Below, piece after piece: positions 11,153-22,761 of a DNA stretch of 64,000 nt. The translations under genes and the position numbers were made by a program. Below the pieces are notes generated by a model. The model was not told the origin of the DNA. It searched no databases and was given only the letters and a program-made list of their open reading frames with translations. The DNA comes from Macrostomum hystrix. Its lineage: Eukaryota > Animalia > Platyhelminthes. Location of the stretch: contig CATNEN010000038.1 of the NCBI GenBank assembly GCA_950097015.1, positions 13,144,001 to 13,208,000 on the forward strand, given 5' to 3'. Numbering within the stretch: position 1 is the stretch's first letter; each line of letters starts with the position of its first letter.

Positions 11153-14100
11153 CTAGTCAGCATGCAACTCTGGAAGAGTTTGCTGTCGCTGCTGTTGGTT
11201 GAGACTGCGCAGCAGCGGGTCACAGCTGGCATCTTCGTCCTCTGAATTGCTAGACGTCAGTGGCAGCTGCTGTTGCTGCCCACTAGCTTTATTGAGCTCA
11301 CTATGATGCATCCCGTAGCCGAAGTAGATTATGAAACCTTAAAAACGGAAAATGCAACAAATCAGTAGACATTGTTCGTTCTTGTAAAACCCAGTGTTTA
11401 ATGCGATCGAATCATACGTTATTAAAACCAAACTCCGGGCAAATCAACTGGGTTCGTTTAATAATAATTAAAGCCTCCTGAAAGAAATATAGCGTCACCG
11501 AAAAACGAGCTTAATGACCTTGGTACGAGAGTCAAACGCGGTAATTGCTCTGTCAATCACTCCAGTTTGGTTGGTTTGAAAAATGAGTAATCAGAAAGCC
11601 AGGCTAGTATTTTTGCTTTGACAACAAAGCAAAAAGTAAGTTAAAGTTAAAGTACGAGGGTGACTCGACCTCTCCTGCCGGACAGCTCACAGGTGACTCG
11701 ACCTCTCCTGCCGGACAGCTCACAGGTGACTCGACCTCTCCTGCCGGACAGCTCACAGGTGACTCCGCCTTTGGTTTTGAGAAAGCCTTGGCTACCGCAG
11801 CAGTCTCCAGCGCTAATGACTGCTCTTCAATACCGAAGCGGACACTGCGGCAATCTCGCTTCACAGAGACACCGCCCAATCGGCTGATGGCATCCATCCC
11901 AAGCAGCAAATCGAACCCAGGAAGGATGTCCATAACGATACATCGCAGCACTGGTAATTGGTGGCCTCGAACAGACAAAGTAACGTCAGCCTCCCATTCA
12001 CATTCTGCTGAGTCACCATTCATCATCGTGACCCTCTCGTGAACGGGACGTTTTTTAACTCCAGTAACTCGTGAAGAAACGATGGACCGCGAACAACCAG
12101 TATCTACTAAAGCAGTAACGACCAAACTATTAACATAAACACTTAACGATGGTAGGTGCGCCGGTGCACAAGGAAGCCCGTTGGCGCAAACATTCCGCGC
12201 TTCCATCACTCGTTTTTTTGAAAATCGGCGCGCTGTGGGCATCGAGCAGCCACATGTCCCGCTTTTCCACAAACAAAACAACCTTGATTCGCTCGGTTGC
12301 GTTCCATGCACTCTTTGCTCACATGGCCCTCCTTGCCGCACGAGTAGCACGACATCACTTTGTTGCGTGGGGCGAACTTTCCAGCGCTTCGCGCATTTCC
12401 TGCGCTCGAGACAACACAGCAGGACTCGCGACTGATCGTTAAGTTTCTAGCTTTCTCCGCTAGTTCATGGAGTTCGAGCTCTTTTAGAGAGCAGGAAGCG
12501 ATCAGCTGCTGACTGACGGTTGCTGGAAGCCCGCGGACGAATGCGCATTTGATCCATTCTTCCCCGGGGATCTCGTCCACTAGGCGTGCAAGCCTCGTGA
12601 GATCCGCGAGAAAAACGTCCACGGACTCCCCGGGGCCGAGCCTGCGTGACACGAACTCGTCGTATGATTTGTACTTGTTTGGGCAGAACGCTGAGGTAAG
12701 AGCCGCTTTCAGAGTTTTGTAGTAGGACGAGATCCCCGGGGAAGAATGGATCAAATGCGCATTCGTCCGCGGGCTTCCAGCAACCGTCAGTCAGCAGCTG
12801 ATCGCTTCCTGCTCTCTAAAAGAGCTCGAACTCCATGAACTAGCGGAGAAAGCTAGAAACTTAACGATCAGTCGCGAGTCCTGCTGTGTTGTCTCGAGCG
12901 CAGGAAATGCGCGAAGCGCTGGAAAGTTCGCCCCACGCAACAAAGTGATGTCGTGCTACTCGTGCGGCAAGGAGGGCCATGTGAGCAAAGAGTGCATGGA
13001 ACGCAACCGAGCGAATCAAGGTTGTTTTGTTTGTGGAAAAGCGGGACATGTGGCTGCTCGATGCCCGCAGCGCGCCGATTTTCAAAAAAACGAGTGATGG
13101 AAGCGCGGAATGTTTGCGCCAACGGGCTTCCTTGTGCACCGGCGCACCTACCATCGTTAAGTGTTCATGTTAATAGTTTGGTCGTTACTGCTTTAGTAGA
13201 TACTGGTTGTTCGCGGTCCATCGTTTCTTCACGAGTTACTGGAGTTAAAAAACGTCCCGTTCACGAGAGGGTCACGATGATGAATGGTGACTCAGCAGAA
13301 TGTGAATGGGAGGCTGACGTTACTTTGTCTGTTCGAGGCCACCAATTACCAGTGCTGCGATGTATCGTTATGGACATCCTTCCTGGGTTCGATTTGCTGC
13401 TTGGGATGGATGCTATCAGCCGATTGGGCGGTGTCTCTGTGAAGCGAGATTGCCGCAGTGTCCGCTTCGGTATTGAAGAGCAGTCATTAGCGCTGGAGAC
13501 TGCTGCGGTAGCCAAGGCTTTCTCAAAACCAAAGGCGGAGTCACCTGTGAGCTGTCCGGCAGGAGAGGTCGAGTCACCTGTGAGCTGTCCGGCAGGAGAG
13601 GTCGAGTCACCTGTGAGCTGTCCGGCAGGAGAGGTCGAGTCACCTGTGAGCTGTCCGGCAGGAGAGGTCGAGTCACCTGTGAGCTGTCCGGCAGAAGAGG
13701 TCGAGTCACCTGTGAGCTGTCCGACAGGAGAGGTCGAGTCACCTGTGAGCTGTCCGGCAGGAGAGGTCGAGTCACCTGTGAGCTGTCCGGCAGGAGAGGT
13801 CGAGTCACCTGTGAGCTGTCCGGCAAGAGGAGCGAGGCTTGCGAAAAATACTTTAACCGAGGCGTGCCTGGTGCTTGAGGAAAAAGACTTCTCTGCTAAG
13901 TTTATCGATGGAGAGTGGACAGTGGCATGGAAGTGGCTGGATGAGGACCCACTACTGTCAAATACGATAGCTCAATACCGAGTCCCACCAGAGGCGGTAG
14001 GCGAGTATGAGTCAGAGATAAAAGACTGGATTCAGCGAGGTTGGCTGCTACCGTTCGAAGGTGACAGTGACGGCGTCATCCCTCTGATGGCAGTGGTGCA

Positions 14101-17100
14101 GACCAACAAAGCAAAGGTGCGGCCTGTACTCGACTATCGCGAGTTGAACCAGTACGTGTCAAGCCACACCGCCGAAAGCGTCGTGTGCGGCGCCAAGCTC
14201 CGGGCCTGGCGGCGGCTCGGTGAGAATGCGAGTATCATCGACCTGCGGAAGGCCTACCTACAACTGCGATTGGACCCCAGTCTCTGGCGCTACCAAGTAG
14301 TGAGGTTCAAAGGCCGCCGTTACTGTCTCACCCGGTTAGGATTCGGACTCAACGTGGCGCCAAAAATTATGACGGCGGTTGTGAACAAAGTCCTGTCGAT
14401 GGAAGACGACGTGCGTGAGGCCACGGACTCTTACATTGACGACATTATTGTGAACAATAGCAAGATTCCGAATGAACGCGTAACTGGGTTGCTTGCCCGG
14501 TTCGGGCTAGAAGCCAAGCCTCCTGAGAGCCTCATTGGGGGCCGCGTGCTCGGCCTCCGCGTCTACCGTCGAGAGGATGGGGTCATTTGCTGGAAACGAG
14601 ACAATGTCCTCTCTCAGTTGAAAGGTCCAGCAACACGACGGCAACTATTCTCCTGGTGCGGCCAGCTAGTAGGCCATTTCCCCGTCGCCGCATGGCTGCG
14701 TGTCGCATGCAGCTACTTGAAGCGGGTCACCAGCACAATCGCGTGGGACGCTATCGTCAGCGAGTCTGCCATGCGGATCGCCCAAGAAATCAGCGAAATG
14801 GTCCAGGAACGAGATCCTGTCGCTGGGGTGTGGACCGTTGACGAGACTTCGCGCTGTCGCGTCTGGTGCGACGCCAGCAGCATCGCCATTGGAGCCGTCA
14901 TCGAAATTGGTGGCGTAATCGTGGAGGACGCCTCGTGGTTGCGAAAACAAGACGACGCTGCGCACATCAATCTTGCCGAACTTGAGACGGTCCTCAAGGG
15001 TATCAACCTTGCCCTCGCTTGGGGTACGAGGAAAGTTGAAGTGTTGACTGATTCTGCAACCGTGCACGGCTGGCTCCAGTCTTTGATTGTCGGCGATAAG
15101 CCCGTGCGAGTCAAAGGTCTCGGTGAAGCTCTGGTTCGGAAACGGCTATCATTAATCCGAGACACGGCGTCGGAGTGCGAGCTCGAGCTACTGACATCGC
15201 TGGTGCCATCTTCAGCAAACAAGGCAGACGCACTGACGCGAGTACCGCAACAGTGGCTGCGCCAGCGGCCCTTCTGTGCAGTGGCGCTGCGCCCCGTTGA
15301 CATGGATCTCCGTGCGTGCCACGAGAAGCACCACTTCAGGGTGGACAGGAAGCTCTACCTGGCCAAACTGTGCTTCCCTGAACGTGAGGTACTGCGTGAA
15401 GAGGGTGAGCGCATCGTTGCAAACTGCATCCGATGCAAGTCCGTAGACCCTGCGCCGATGGTTTGGGACCATGGCAGACTCGAGGTGGATGCAAACTGGT
15501 GGCGCTTGGCCTGCGACGTGACCCACTTTAAGGACGACCGCTATCTGTCCATTGTTGACTGCGGGCCGAGCAGATTCTCGCTGTGGCGAAAACTCACCGA
15601 CGAGCGGACAGCGTCAATTACCGGGATACTCGTGCAGGTGTTCCGAGAGCGGGGCCCTCCCTGGCAGCTGCTTCTCGACAATTCACCGACCTTCCGCTCC
15701 GCTGAGGTCCGTGCGTTTTGTGAGGCTTGGGGAGTGCAGCTCCTCTTCCGTTGCGCTCAACGGCCGTCAGGCAACGGAATAGTCGAGCGCAATCATCGGA
15801 CGATTAAGCGGATGGCAGCCAGAACCGGAAAGGACGTACTGGAAATGGTGTTCTGGTACAACATGGCTCCAAAGGATGGCACTCGCAAGGACAGCGTGCC
15901 CAGCAGAATGGTCAGCACCTATGACTGGAAGCCGCCAACTGTGTCTCTCCCTGAGGCCTTGGAGACCTTGGAGGCAAACCCCACCCTGCCAGTGGGAACA
16001 GAAGTGTTTGTTAAACCGCCGGCCGTCAGATGCACCGACGAGTGGCCTAGGGGACGCGTGACGGGCCAGGGACAAGGGTCTACGGTGGAGGTCGATGGCC
16101 TTCCCCGTCACGTAGCTGACGTCCGCCCGGCACCAGACACGCAACCGCAGCCTCCTGGGGTGGAGCGAGCTGTCGAGCGGGATGCCGAACCACGACGGTC
16201 TAATAGGGTGAAGTCGGCGCCGGTCCGTTACGAACCTTGATCTCTTGTGATCCGGAGATCAGGGGGTGATGTGTTGTACTTTTATGTGTTGTACTTTCAT
16301 TATATAGAAACTAGTATTTGACCGTTGCAGCTAAATATCCCATAGACAATTCGTTCTACCTGTTTGTTTGCGAGGACCGCGTTAAGAGTGTTTGCGGCTC
16401 TAGCTTTCGTGCTAACCCCGGGCTTTGCTATCTACACAAATACATTAGACCACAGGTTGCACTCGTAACAGGTAGTACTATTTGTTAACCTTAGTTATTT
16501 GTTTGTTAGTTATTTGTTAGCAGAGGTTGTAGTCTAGTTTTTGGGGCGTCGGACTCACAAATTGAAGGTCGGGGTTCGATTCCCGACTCCACTGGAACAA
16601 TTTGTGTCCTTTAGCAAGACACTTAACTCTGCATTGCTTAAGTTCACCCAGCTGTTAAATGGGTACCAGCATCAGCTGGGATAATTGAAGGGGTGTGGCG
16701 TCCCCCCCAGCCCATGGACTGAACAGCTGTACGCAGCCTTCAGATGCGCCGCGCAATAGCTGCGGCTGTGCTGTCGGCTGCACATCTGGCCCAATTGGGG
16801 CAGGTGTAATCAATTATTATTATTTGTTAAAGAGAGTCAAGAGCTCACCAACAGCCAACCAAACGGCAAATCGAATCCAAGTGATGCGAGACAGCCGCAC
16901 CATGAGAAAGATATTGACGGCCACGGTAGCCGTTGGTAGCAGCGGCACGAGTGGCACGTGAAAGTGCAATCGACGGGTAATTACACTTTCTTGGGGTTGC
17001 AGGAAAATGACACACAAGCAGACTAGCCAACCAAGAGCCATGATTCCTGACGCTGCGTAGAGAAACTGCGCTGCACCAGGCCCGATGGTATCGGACTCTG

Positions 17101-20083
17101 CGAGGGTGAGTGAGCAGGAAGCCACTATGGCTTGTAGCCACATTAGGACGGTCATGGCAATAACAAGGCGGTAGCTGCTGCTAGTCGACATAGGTCGGCG
17201 CCTGAAACCGCAGAGACTCCATGATGCAAGCTGTCTTGAACGATGCTGTTTTTTTTTCTGCCGCTTCTGGCGCTGCTTTTCGTGATTCACTGCGCCATTC
17301 TTAGAGAATACTTCATCTTCTTCATTGCCAGAGTCATCGGCTTCAATGGCAGCGTTGAAAATACCATTCGAACTTTCTTGCTGCTGCAGAGAATTGGTAT
17401 CTATTGGCTGTAGGGGTACAGTCTCTTCTCCAGAGGGGCACGTAGCAGCCTCTTCATCTTCTTGGCTGCCGCAGCACTCGCTGTCATCGGTGTCCAACAA
17501 CAAGTCGGCATCGGCCCATGGCGTAGGCTGGTAGCGCAATAATAGCACACAGGTGCACACAAGAGAGTAGGCAAGAAGGGTGCCGATGCTCATCATCTCT
17601 ACAAGCTCGGTGAGATCAATCAGTACAGCGAAAACTGCTGTAATAAGGCCGGGCACCACGGTGGCAATGAGCGGAGTCTCGGTACGCGAGCTCACCCGGC
17701 GAAAAAATCGAAACAGAAGTCCGTCGCATGCCATTGCGTAGATGATGCGCGGCAGCGGAAACTGAGAGCCAAGCAGCGCGGCACACAGACCAGAAACTGC
17801 GCCGAAGCCCACCACCCATCTGGAAACAGTAAAATAGTCAAGATAAGTTGAATTTTTGTCAACGCTTAAAAGTATACACCAATAAGCATCGGTTTTTACA
17901 TCTTTACGATGTTTTCACCTCAACTTACCTTGCCCAGTGAAATCCGTGAAGGTCTAAGGACTCAATCAAAGGTGTCTGAGAATGAATCGAGCGAAAAGGC
18001 AATAGCATTGTCAGTACTGCAGAGACTCCCACATACAGTGCCCAGCAGATGAGCAGGCTAACGGTCACGGCAGTAGGAATAGATTTCTCCGCGGAGCGGG
18101 CCTCCTGACCAGTCGTGGCCAGAATGTCAAAGCCCACGAAAGCATAGAAGCATGAGGCAGCTCCGGAAACAACACCGTGGAAGCCGGCGGGCGCAAAGCC
18201 ACCATGATCCGCCCAAATGCTGGCGTCAGCCTTTAGCGATCCGACCACAATAACCAATAGAGCAACACCACCGTTCAGAAAGTTAAATATCGTAGACCAG
18301 TGGGCACTCTCCTTGACGCCAACCGCCAGTACAGCAGTGACAACTAGCGACACCGCGCCTGTGATTTTAATGTCATCAAGTAACTAATAGTATGAAATGT
18401 AAAATAAAAATTGGCAGACGCTCTTTACAAATCAGATTGCTGCTACATTGAAAGTATTAAAGAATAATTTTCTAATTTAATTATGTATGAAGTCTAAATT
18501 AGTTAGAATTAGTTAGAAACTTACAATTATGGGTTCTAAAATGTCTTAAATTTAGTATATAGTAATACTAAAATTAAGCCGATTTTTTAAATAAACAGTT
18601 TTTAGATACTTTTCCCGAATTACTGAACCAAATTACTTTCTTTTTTTGTTGTAACGGTAAAAATTCTGCGCACACATGTACTGAGAATTTTTGTGAACAA
18701 AGTAAAAAGTTGAAAAACACTTATAAACACATTTAAATGTCTGGCAAGTTTCTATTGGAATATTACTAAATAATATATATATCACTGGATTCGTATTTAA
18801 TTTTGATTCGAATGACTCCAATAAGAGCTCTTAAAGTTCCATAGGAGCAAAGATATTTGCATATAATCAAGGATACAAACATATAAACATATAAACAAGC
18901 ACATTTTCGCTTGATTTTTGGCTTTACCCTGGCCGAATGGATAAGAATGGGTTGATTTCTGTACAGTGGAAGATAGGGTTTGAATCCCAAATATAAAAAA
19001 CAAGCTAAAGAAGCTTCTTTTGTCGTTGAAGTTTATTATTTTTTCCTTTATAGTAAACAATTCATTAACAAATTATCCTCGTAAATTATTAAAGTTCTAA
19101 AACAAAGGAAACAAAAATAGAATATTTTTACAGTATATTATATGCCAGCTTCAACTATAGTAAGTAAGTAAACATTTTCAACTTGCTTGCATCCATATGA
19201 AATTAGTTAATGAATTTTGTCTTTTTTGACTTGCATTAGTCACACACGTTTTTTTCTATGCAGCAACTGCGGCTATATACTCGTATTATATGGGTTTGTT
19301 TAAATAGTGCAGAGACTTACTAATCTTTGCATATTTGCAAATTCAGTTTCTAAAAATTAATCACATTTGATCATTTTGTTAAAAAAATAACTGAAAATGC
19401 TTAAAAGTGCAGCAAAGCATGAGCAGAGACGCAATAGGCTGCAGTGAAATGCTTATTCGCCCGAAGGGGTTGCTAGTGTAAAACTATATAGGTCATAGTT
19501 CTTGTTCAACTTATGGGCACAATACGCTGCTCAGCTTTCGGACTTGATACAAAAAATGAATTATACGAACCCTACCTGACAGAAAGTCCGGATAGGTGTT
19601 CACATGCGGTAGAACTCCAAATGTCTCCCGACTGTGATTGCTAATCCAGTAGCCAGTCATATAATCTATGCTTGCACTTAGCGCCCTAGCATCGGCGGCA
19701 GTACCGATCATGTACTCCAGGATGAGGTTCCAGCCGATCACATATGCAATTAGTTCGCCAACTGTGTGATAACTATAAGCATATGCAGAGCCTGTAGTGT
19801 TTGGCACTCGACTGCCAAACTCTGCGTAACACAAGCCGGACATAAGGCTTGCTATACCAGCGATGGTGAAAGAGAGTACAACGGCCGGCCCTGCCACATT
19901 GAGTGCCACATGACCGGACACAACATAAATACCAGCACCTAAGATTGAACCAATGGCCAGGTGCGTAAGATCAAAAGTTGTCAAACATTTGTCCAGCTCT
20001 GTGCCACCCTGTCCAGTAGGAGATGGCTTCTTAGTGCGCAGAAAGCTGCGCTTAAACATGGAGCCAGCCTCTGCCAGACCCAT
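11153..20083 (-). CDS. Cationic amino acid transporter (SLC7 CAT / SLC7A14-like); 4 exons: 19576-20083, 17929-18358, 16849-17819, 11153-11337 (~697 aa)
   Basis: In-phase GT-AG junctions (2094 nt). APC motifs GSILGAGIYV, AGPAVVLSF, GLCYAEFGSRVP.GSAY.YSY, FYAFVGFD, PRIIYAMA.DGLLF and TWIRF.VW..VG|FIIYFGYG..HS. The last exon is absent from the ORF track. Confidence 0.92.
12206..12724 (-). pseudogene. gag: gag C-terminal fragment (inverted arm), two CCHC zinc knuckles
   Basis: CYSCGKEGHVSKEC and CFVCGKAGHVAARC; 5' truncated at the fold-back junction. Confidence 0.85.
13085..16240 (+). CDS. pol: Pol polyprotein (protease-RT-RNase H-integrase), open frame, probably entered by -1 frameshift
   Basis: LVDTGC protease; IDLRKAY and YIDD RT; WCDAS/AELE/TDS RNase H; HHCC plus D,D,E integrase (ACDVTH, LDNSP, GIVERNHRT). 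Slippery site A AAA AAC at 13085-13091 just before the gag stop. Confidence 0.9.
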   Translation, partial: KKRVMEARNVCANGLPCAPAHLPSLSVHVNSLVVTALVDTGCSRSIVSSRVTGVKKRPVHERVTMMNGDSAECEWEADVTLSVRGHQLPVLRCIVMDILPGFDLLLGMDAISRLGGVSVKRDCRSVRFGIEEQSLALETAAVAKAFSKPKAESPVSCPAGEVESPVSCPAGEVESPVSCPAGEVESPVSCPAGEVESPVSCPAEEVESPVSCPTGEVESPVSCPAGEVESPVSCPAGEVESPVSCPARGARLAKNTLTEACLVLEEKDFSAKFIDGEWTVAWKWLDEDPLLSNTIAQYRVPPEAVGEYESEIKDWIQRGWLLPFEGDSDGVIPLMAVVQTNKAKVRPVLDYRELNQYVSSHTAESVVCGAKLRAWRRLGENASIIDLRKAYLQLRLDPSLWRYQVVRFKGRRYCLTRLGFGLNVAPKIMTAVVNKVLSMEDDVREATDSYIDDIIVNNSKIPNERVTGLLARFGLEAKPPESLIGGRVLGLRVYRREDGVICWKRDNVLSQLKGPATRRQLFSWCGQLVGHFPVAAWLRVACSYLKRVTSTIAWDAIVSESAMRIAQEISEMVQERDPVAGVWTVDETSRCRVWCDASSIAIGAVIEIGGVIVEDASWLRKQDDAAHINLAELETVLKGINLALAWGTRKVEVLTDSATVHGWLQSLIVGDKPVRVKGLGEALVRKRLSLIRDTASECELELLTSLVPSSANKADALTRVPQQWLRQRPFCAVALRPVDMDLRACHEKHHFRVDRKLYLAKLCFPEREVLREEGERIVANCIRCKSVDPAPMVWDHGRLEVDANWWRLACDVTHFKDDRYLSIVDCGPSRFSLWRKLTDERTASITGILVQVFRERGPPWQLLLDNSPTFRSAEVRAFCEAWGVQLLFRCAQRPSGNGIVERNHRTIKRMAARTGKDVLEMVFWYNMAPKDGTRKDSVPSRMVSTYDWKPPTVSLPEALETLEANPTLPVGTEVFVKPPAVRCTDEWPRGRVTGQGQGSTVEVDGLPRHVADVRPAPDTQPQPPGVERAVERDAEPRRSNRVKSAPVRYEP
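13538..13825 (+). repeat. In-frame 30-bp tandem repeat (ESPVSCPAGEV) ~9.5 copies between protease and RT
   Basis: GAGTCACCTGTGAGCTGTCCGGCAGGAGAG-type units seen directly; ~3.5 units also in the inverted arm (11659-11765). Confidence 0.95.
16270..16470 (+). repeat. 3' LTR (~201 bp)
   Basis: TG...CA termini, directly preceded by the polypurine tract and pol stop. Confidence 0.8.
16520..16819 (+). mobile_element. tRNA-derived SINE with a CORE/Nin(Deu)-like central domain
   Basis: B box GGTTCGATTCC; core GTGTCCTTTAGCAAGACACTTAAC...CACCCAGCTGTTAAATGGGTACC; (ATT)n tail; 10-bp TSD TTATTTGTTA (16510-16519 and 16820-16829). Confidence 0.85.
18810..19478 (+). mobile_element. Possible Helitron/Helentron-like relic in SLC7 intron 1
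   Basis: 3' end GCCCGAAGGGGTTGCTAG|T resembles the hairpin-plus-CTAG end at 23752. The 5' boundary is uncertain. Confidence 0.35.
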
Positions 20084-21539
20084 TGTTACAGTGGCTGTAT
20101 AGATGAGACAGCAGTGACTGAAAGTGCATGTTTCAATATTTTCTAAATGGAAAAACACTGGTCCAATTATTAGTTTACTACTATTTTAATTTTATTATAT
20201 TATATAGTAAGTTTGTTCTGTGAATTTAAGCTGCTCTCGGCTTAAATTTCTATTAAAAAAATATATACTCTAGTGACAAGTGCTAATTAATAAGCAATTA
20301 ATTTTAATAGTTGATTTTTAATTTAATAAGGTTGGAAAGGTATTGATTCATGACAGTTTTTATAAGTATGGAAGTAGTGTGAGTATACATTGTCAACTGA
20401 ATAACAGTGAAAATCAGAAACAAATTAAAAAGATAAAATGTAAAAAAAATGTCAAAGACAAATAGATAAAAAAGAACCTATTTTAATTGAGCCAAATGTA
20501 CAGCTGCAGTGATGCTACCAAAGGCTGAGTACAGCTGAAACATTTTGGGATTTCTAGCAAATCAGATTTTCTAACCCACAACCCATATGATTCATGAACC
20601 TACTAAAACTAGAGTGATTTTATAGAATGGGATTAATTATTAAAAAGTCTGCTTACAATACTGCAATGATTAAAATCAACAGAAGTAATATAATTTAGTA
20701 GTACCAGAAGCTTTTTTAAATTTTACCATAAATCTGCTACGCCCCTACTTTTAAATTAATTTAGTAAGGATGCTTTTATCACTTTTTTAAAGTCAAATAG
20801 CTACCTCTGCTCTTTTTTAAAACTTAAAATATTGTTTATATATAAAATATTTTTAACAGTCTCTCAAATTCATTCACTTTAACAAACATTGTTGTGTATA
20901 TAAATCATTGCAATTTCAGTGAGACAAATCAACATGCCAGTGTAGCAAAAAGTCTCTTATATACTAAAAATGAAATGGTTGGTTACTTGGTTGTAATTGA
21001 TTTTATCCCGAACGGCTCAACCGATTTTCACCATTTCTTCACCAAAAGATGCCAAATATGGGGACACATATACACGTATTTTTATTAAGCTTAACTTTAT
21101 TGCTAAGGGGATTAAATATTCGAAAAACTGTTTTAGATAGGATTTTTAATGCATTACATTAGAGCCAATTTTGTCAACGTGCATACCACTGCCAATTTTT
21201 ATGATTGCATCAGGGCCAGTTTTGTTAAAAGTGAGTACACTGACTGATAAGAATTTCACTGTGTAAAATGTACATAGCTGTGTCAACTCCACTGGCGAGA
21301 CAGTCTGCGAATTTATAAATAGATTACATCACAGCTTTTCTCACCCGTGTGTGTGTGTGTTTGATTTTAATAGGTAAAATGTGCATAGCAGATTTCAATT
21401 CAATGATATATTGCTCAATACAATTCCCCCCAGCGAGTTTAGTAGATACAGCGAGACATCTACTCCTTTCTTACCACAATAAAAATAAATCATCAAACCT
21501 TGTCTTGATTTCAATCGAGAAAAGTGTCCAACAGTTGTT

Positions 21540-22680
21540 TAAATGTCCAACCGTTTTTTAATGTGTCCAACAGTTTTTTAATGTGTTTAACAGTATTCTT
21601 AATGCTTTTAACAGTTTTCTAAATGTGTTTAACAGTTTTCTAAAAGTGTTTAACCGTTTTCTAAATGTGTTTACCAGTATTCTAAATGTGTTTAACAGTA
21701 TTCTAAATGTGTTTACCAGTATTCTAAATGTGTTTACCAGTATTCTAAATGTGTTTACCAGTATTCTAAGTGTGTTTAACAGTTTTCTAAATGTCTTTAA
21801 CCGTTTTCTTAATGTGTTTACCAGTGTTCTAAATGTGCTCACCAGTTTTCTAAATGTGTTTACCAGTATTCTAAATGTGTTTACCAGTATTCTAAATGTG
21901 TTTACCATACCAGTATTCTAAATGTGTTACCAGTATTCTAAATGTGTTTAATAACAGTTTTCTAAATGTCTTTAACCGTTTTCTTAATGTGTTTACCAGT
22001 ATTCTAACTGTGCTCACCAGTTTTCTAAATGTGTTTACCATACCAGTATTCTAAATGTGTTTACCATACCAGTATTCTAAATGTGTTACCAGTATTCTAA
22101 ATGTGTTTAACAGTTTTCTAAATGTCTTTAACCGTTTTCTTAATGTGTTTACCAGTATTCTAAATGTGCTCACCAGTTTTCTAAATGTGTTTACCAGTAT
22201 TCTAAATGTGTTTACCAGTATTCTAAATGTGTTTACCAGTATTCTAAATGTGTTTAACCGTTTTCTAAATGTGTTTACCAGTATTCTAAGTGTGTTTAAC
22301 AGTTTTCTAAATGTCTTTAACAGTTTTCTAAATGTCTTTACCAGTATTCTAAATGTGTTTACCAGTATTCTAAATATGTTTAACAGTATTCTAAATGTGT
22401 TTACCAGTATTCTAAATGTGTTTACCAGTATTCTAAATGTGTTTAACAGTTTTCTAAATGTCTTTAACAGTATTCTAAAAGTGTTTAACCGTTTTCTAAA
22501 TGTGTTTATCAGTTCTCTAAATGTGTGTACCAGTATTCTAAATGTGTTGAATAGTTTTCTAAAAGTGTTTATCAGTTGTTCAATTGTGCTTACCAGTTTT
22601 TTTAATGTTTTTACAGTTTTCTTAACGTGTTTATCAGTTTTCTAAATGTGTTTAGCATTTTTCAAATGTTTCCAAAATGT
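21540..22680. repeat. 21-bp minisatellite (TTCTAAATGTGTTTACCAGTA)n
   Basis: ~50 degenerate units seen directly; they produce spurious heptad ORFs. Confidence 0.95.
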
Positions 22681-22761
22681 TTCTAAAAATTTCCAATAAT
22701 TACCAACTTTGTTAATGCGTTTTAAAGTTTTTAAATATGTTGAACGGTTAATAATGGTTAT

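Larger units (their letters stand above)
11659..16470 (+). mobile_element. Rearranged, 5'-truncated Gypsy-type LTR retrotransposon in the last SLC7 intron, with an inverted duplication of gag/protease
   Basis: Plus arm from 12725 runs gag 3' end, pol, PPT (AGGGGGTGA) and a 3' LTR TG...CA at 16270-16470. 11659-12578 is an inverted copy of ~12725-13645. No 5' LTR. Confidence 0.9.

Noticed and set aside
16520-16595. tRNA gene
   Set aside because: No complete cloverleaf; it continues into a SINE core, tail and TSD. The same applies to 1560-1615.
21558-22645. Heptad-repeat ORFs (coiled-coil-like proteins)
   Set aside because: Translations of a 21-bp minisatellite, open on both strands and broken by indels.
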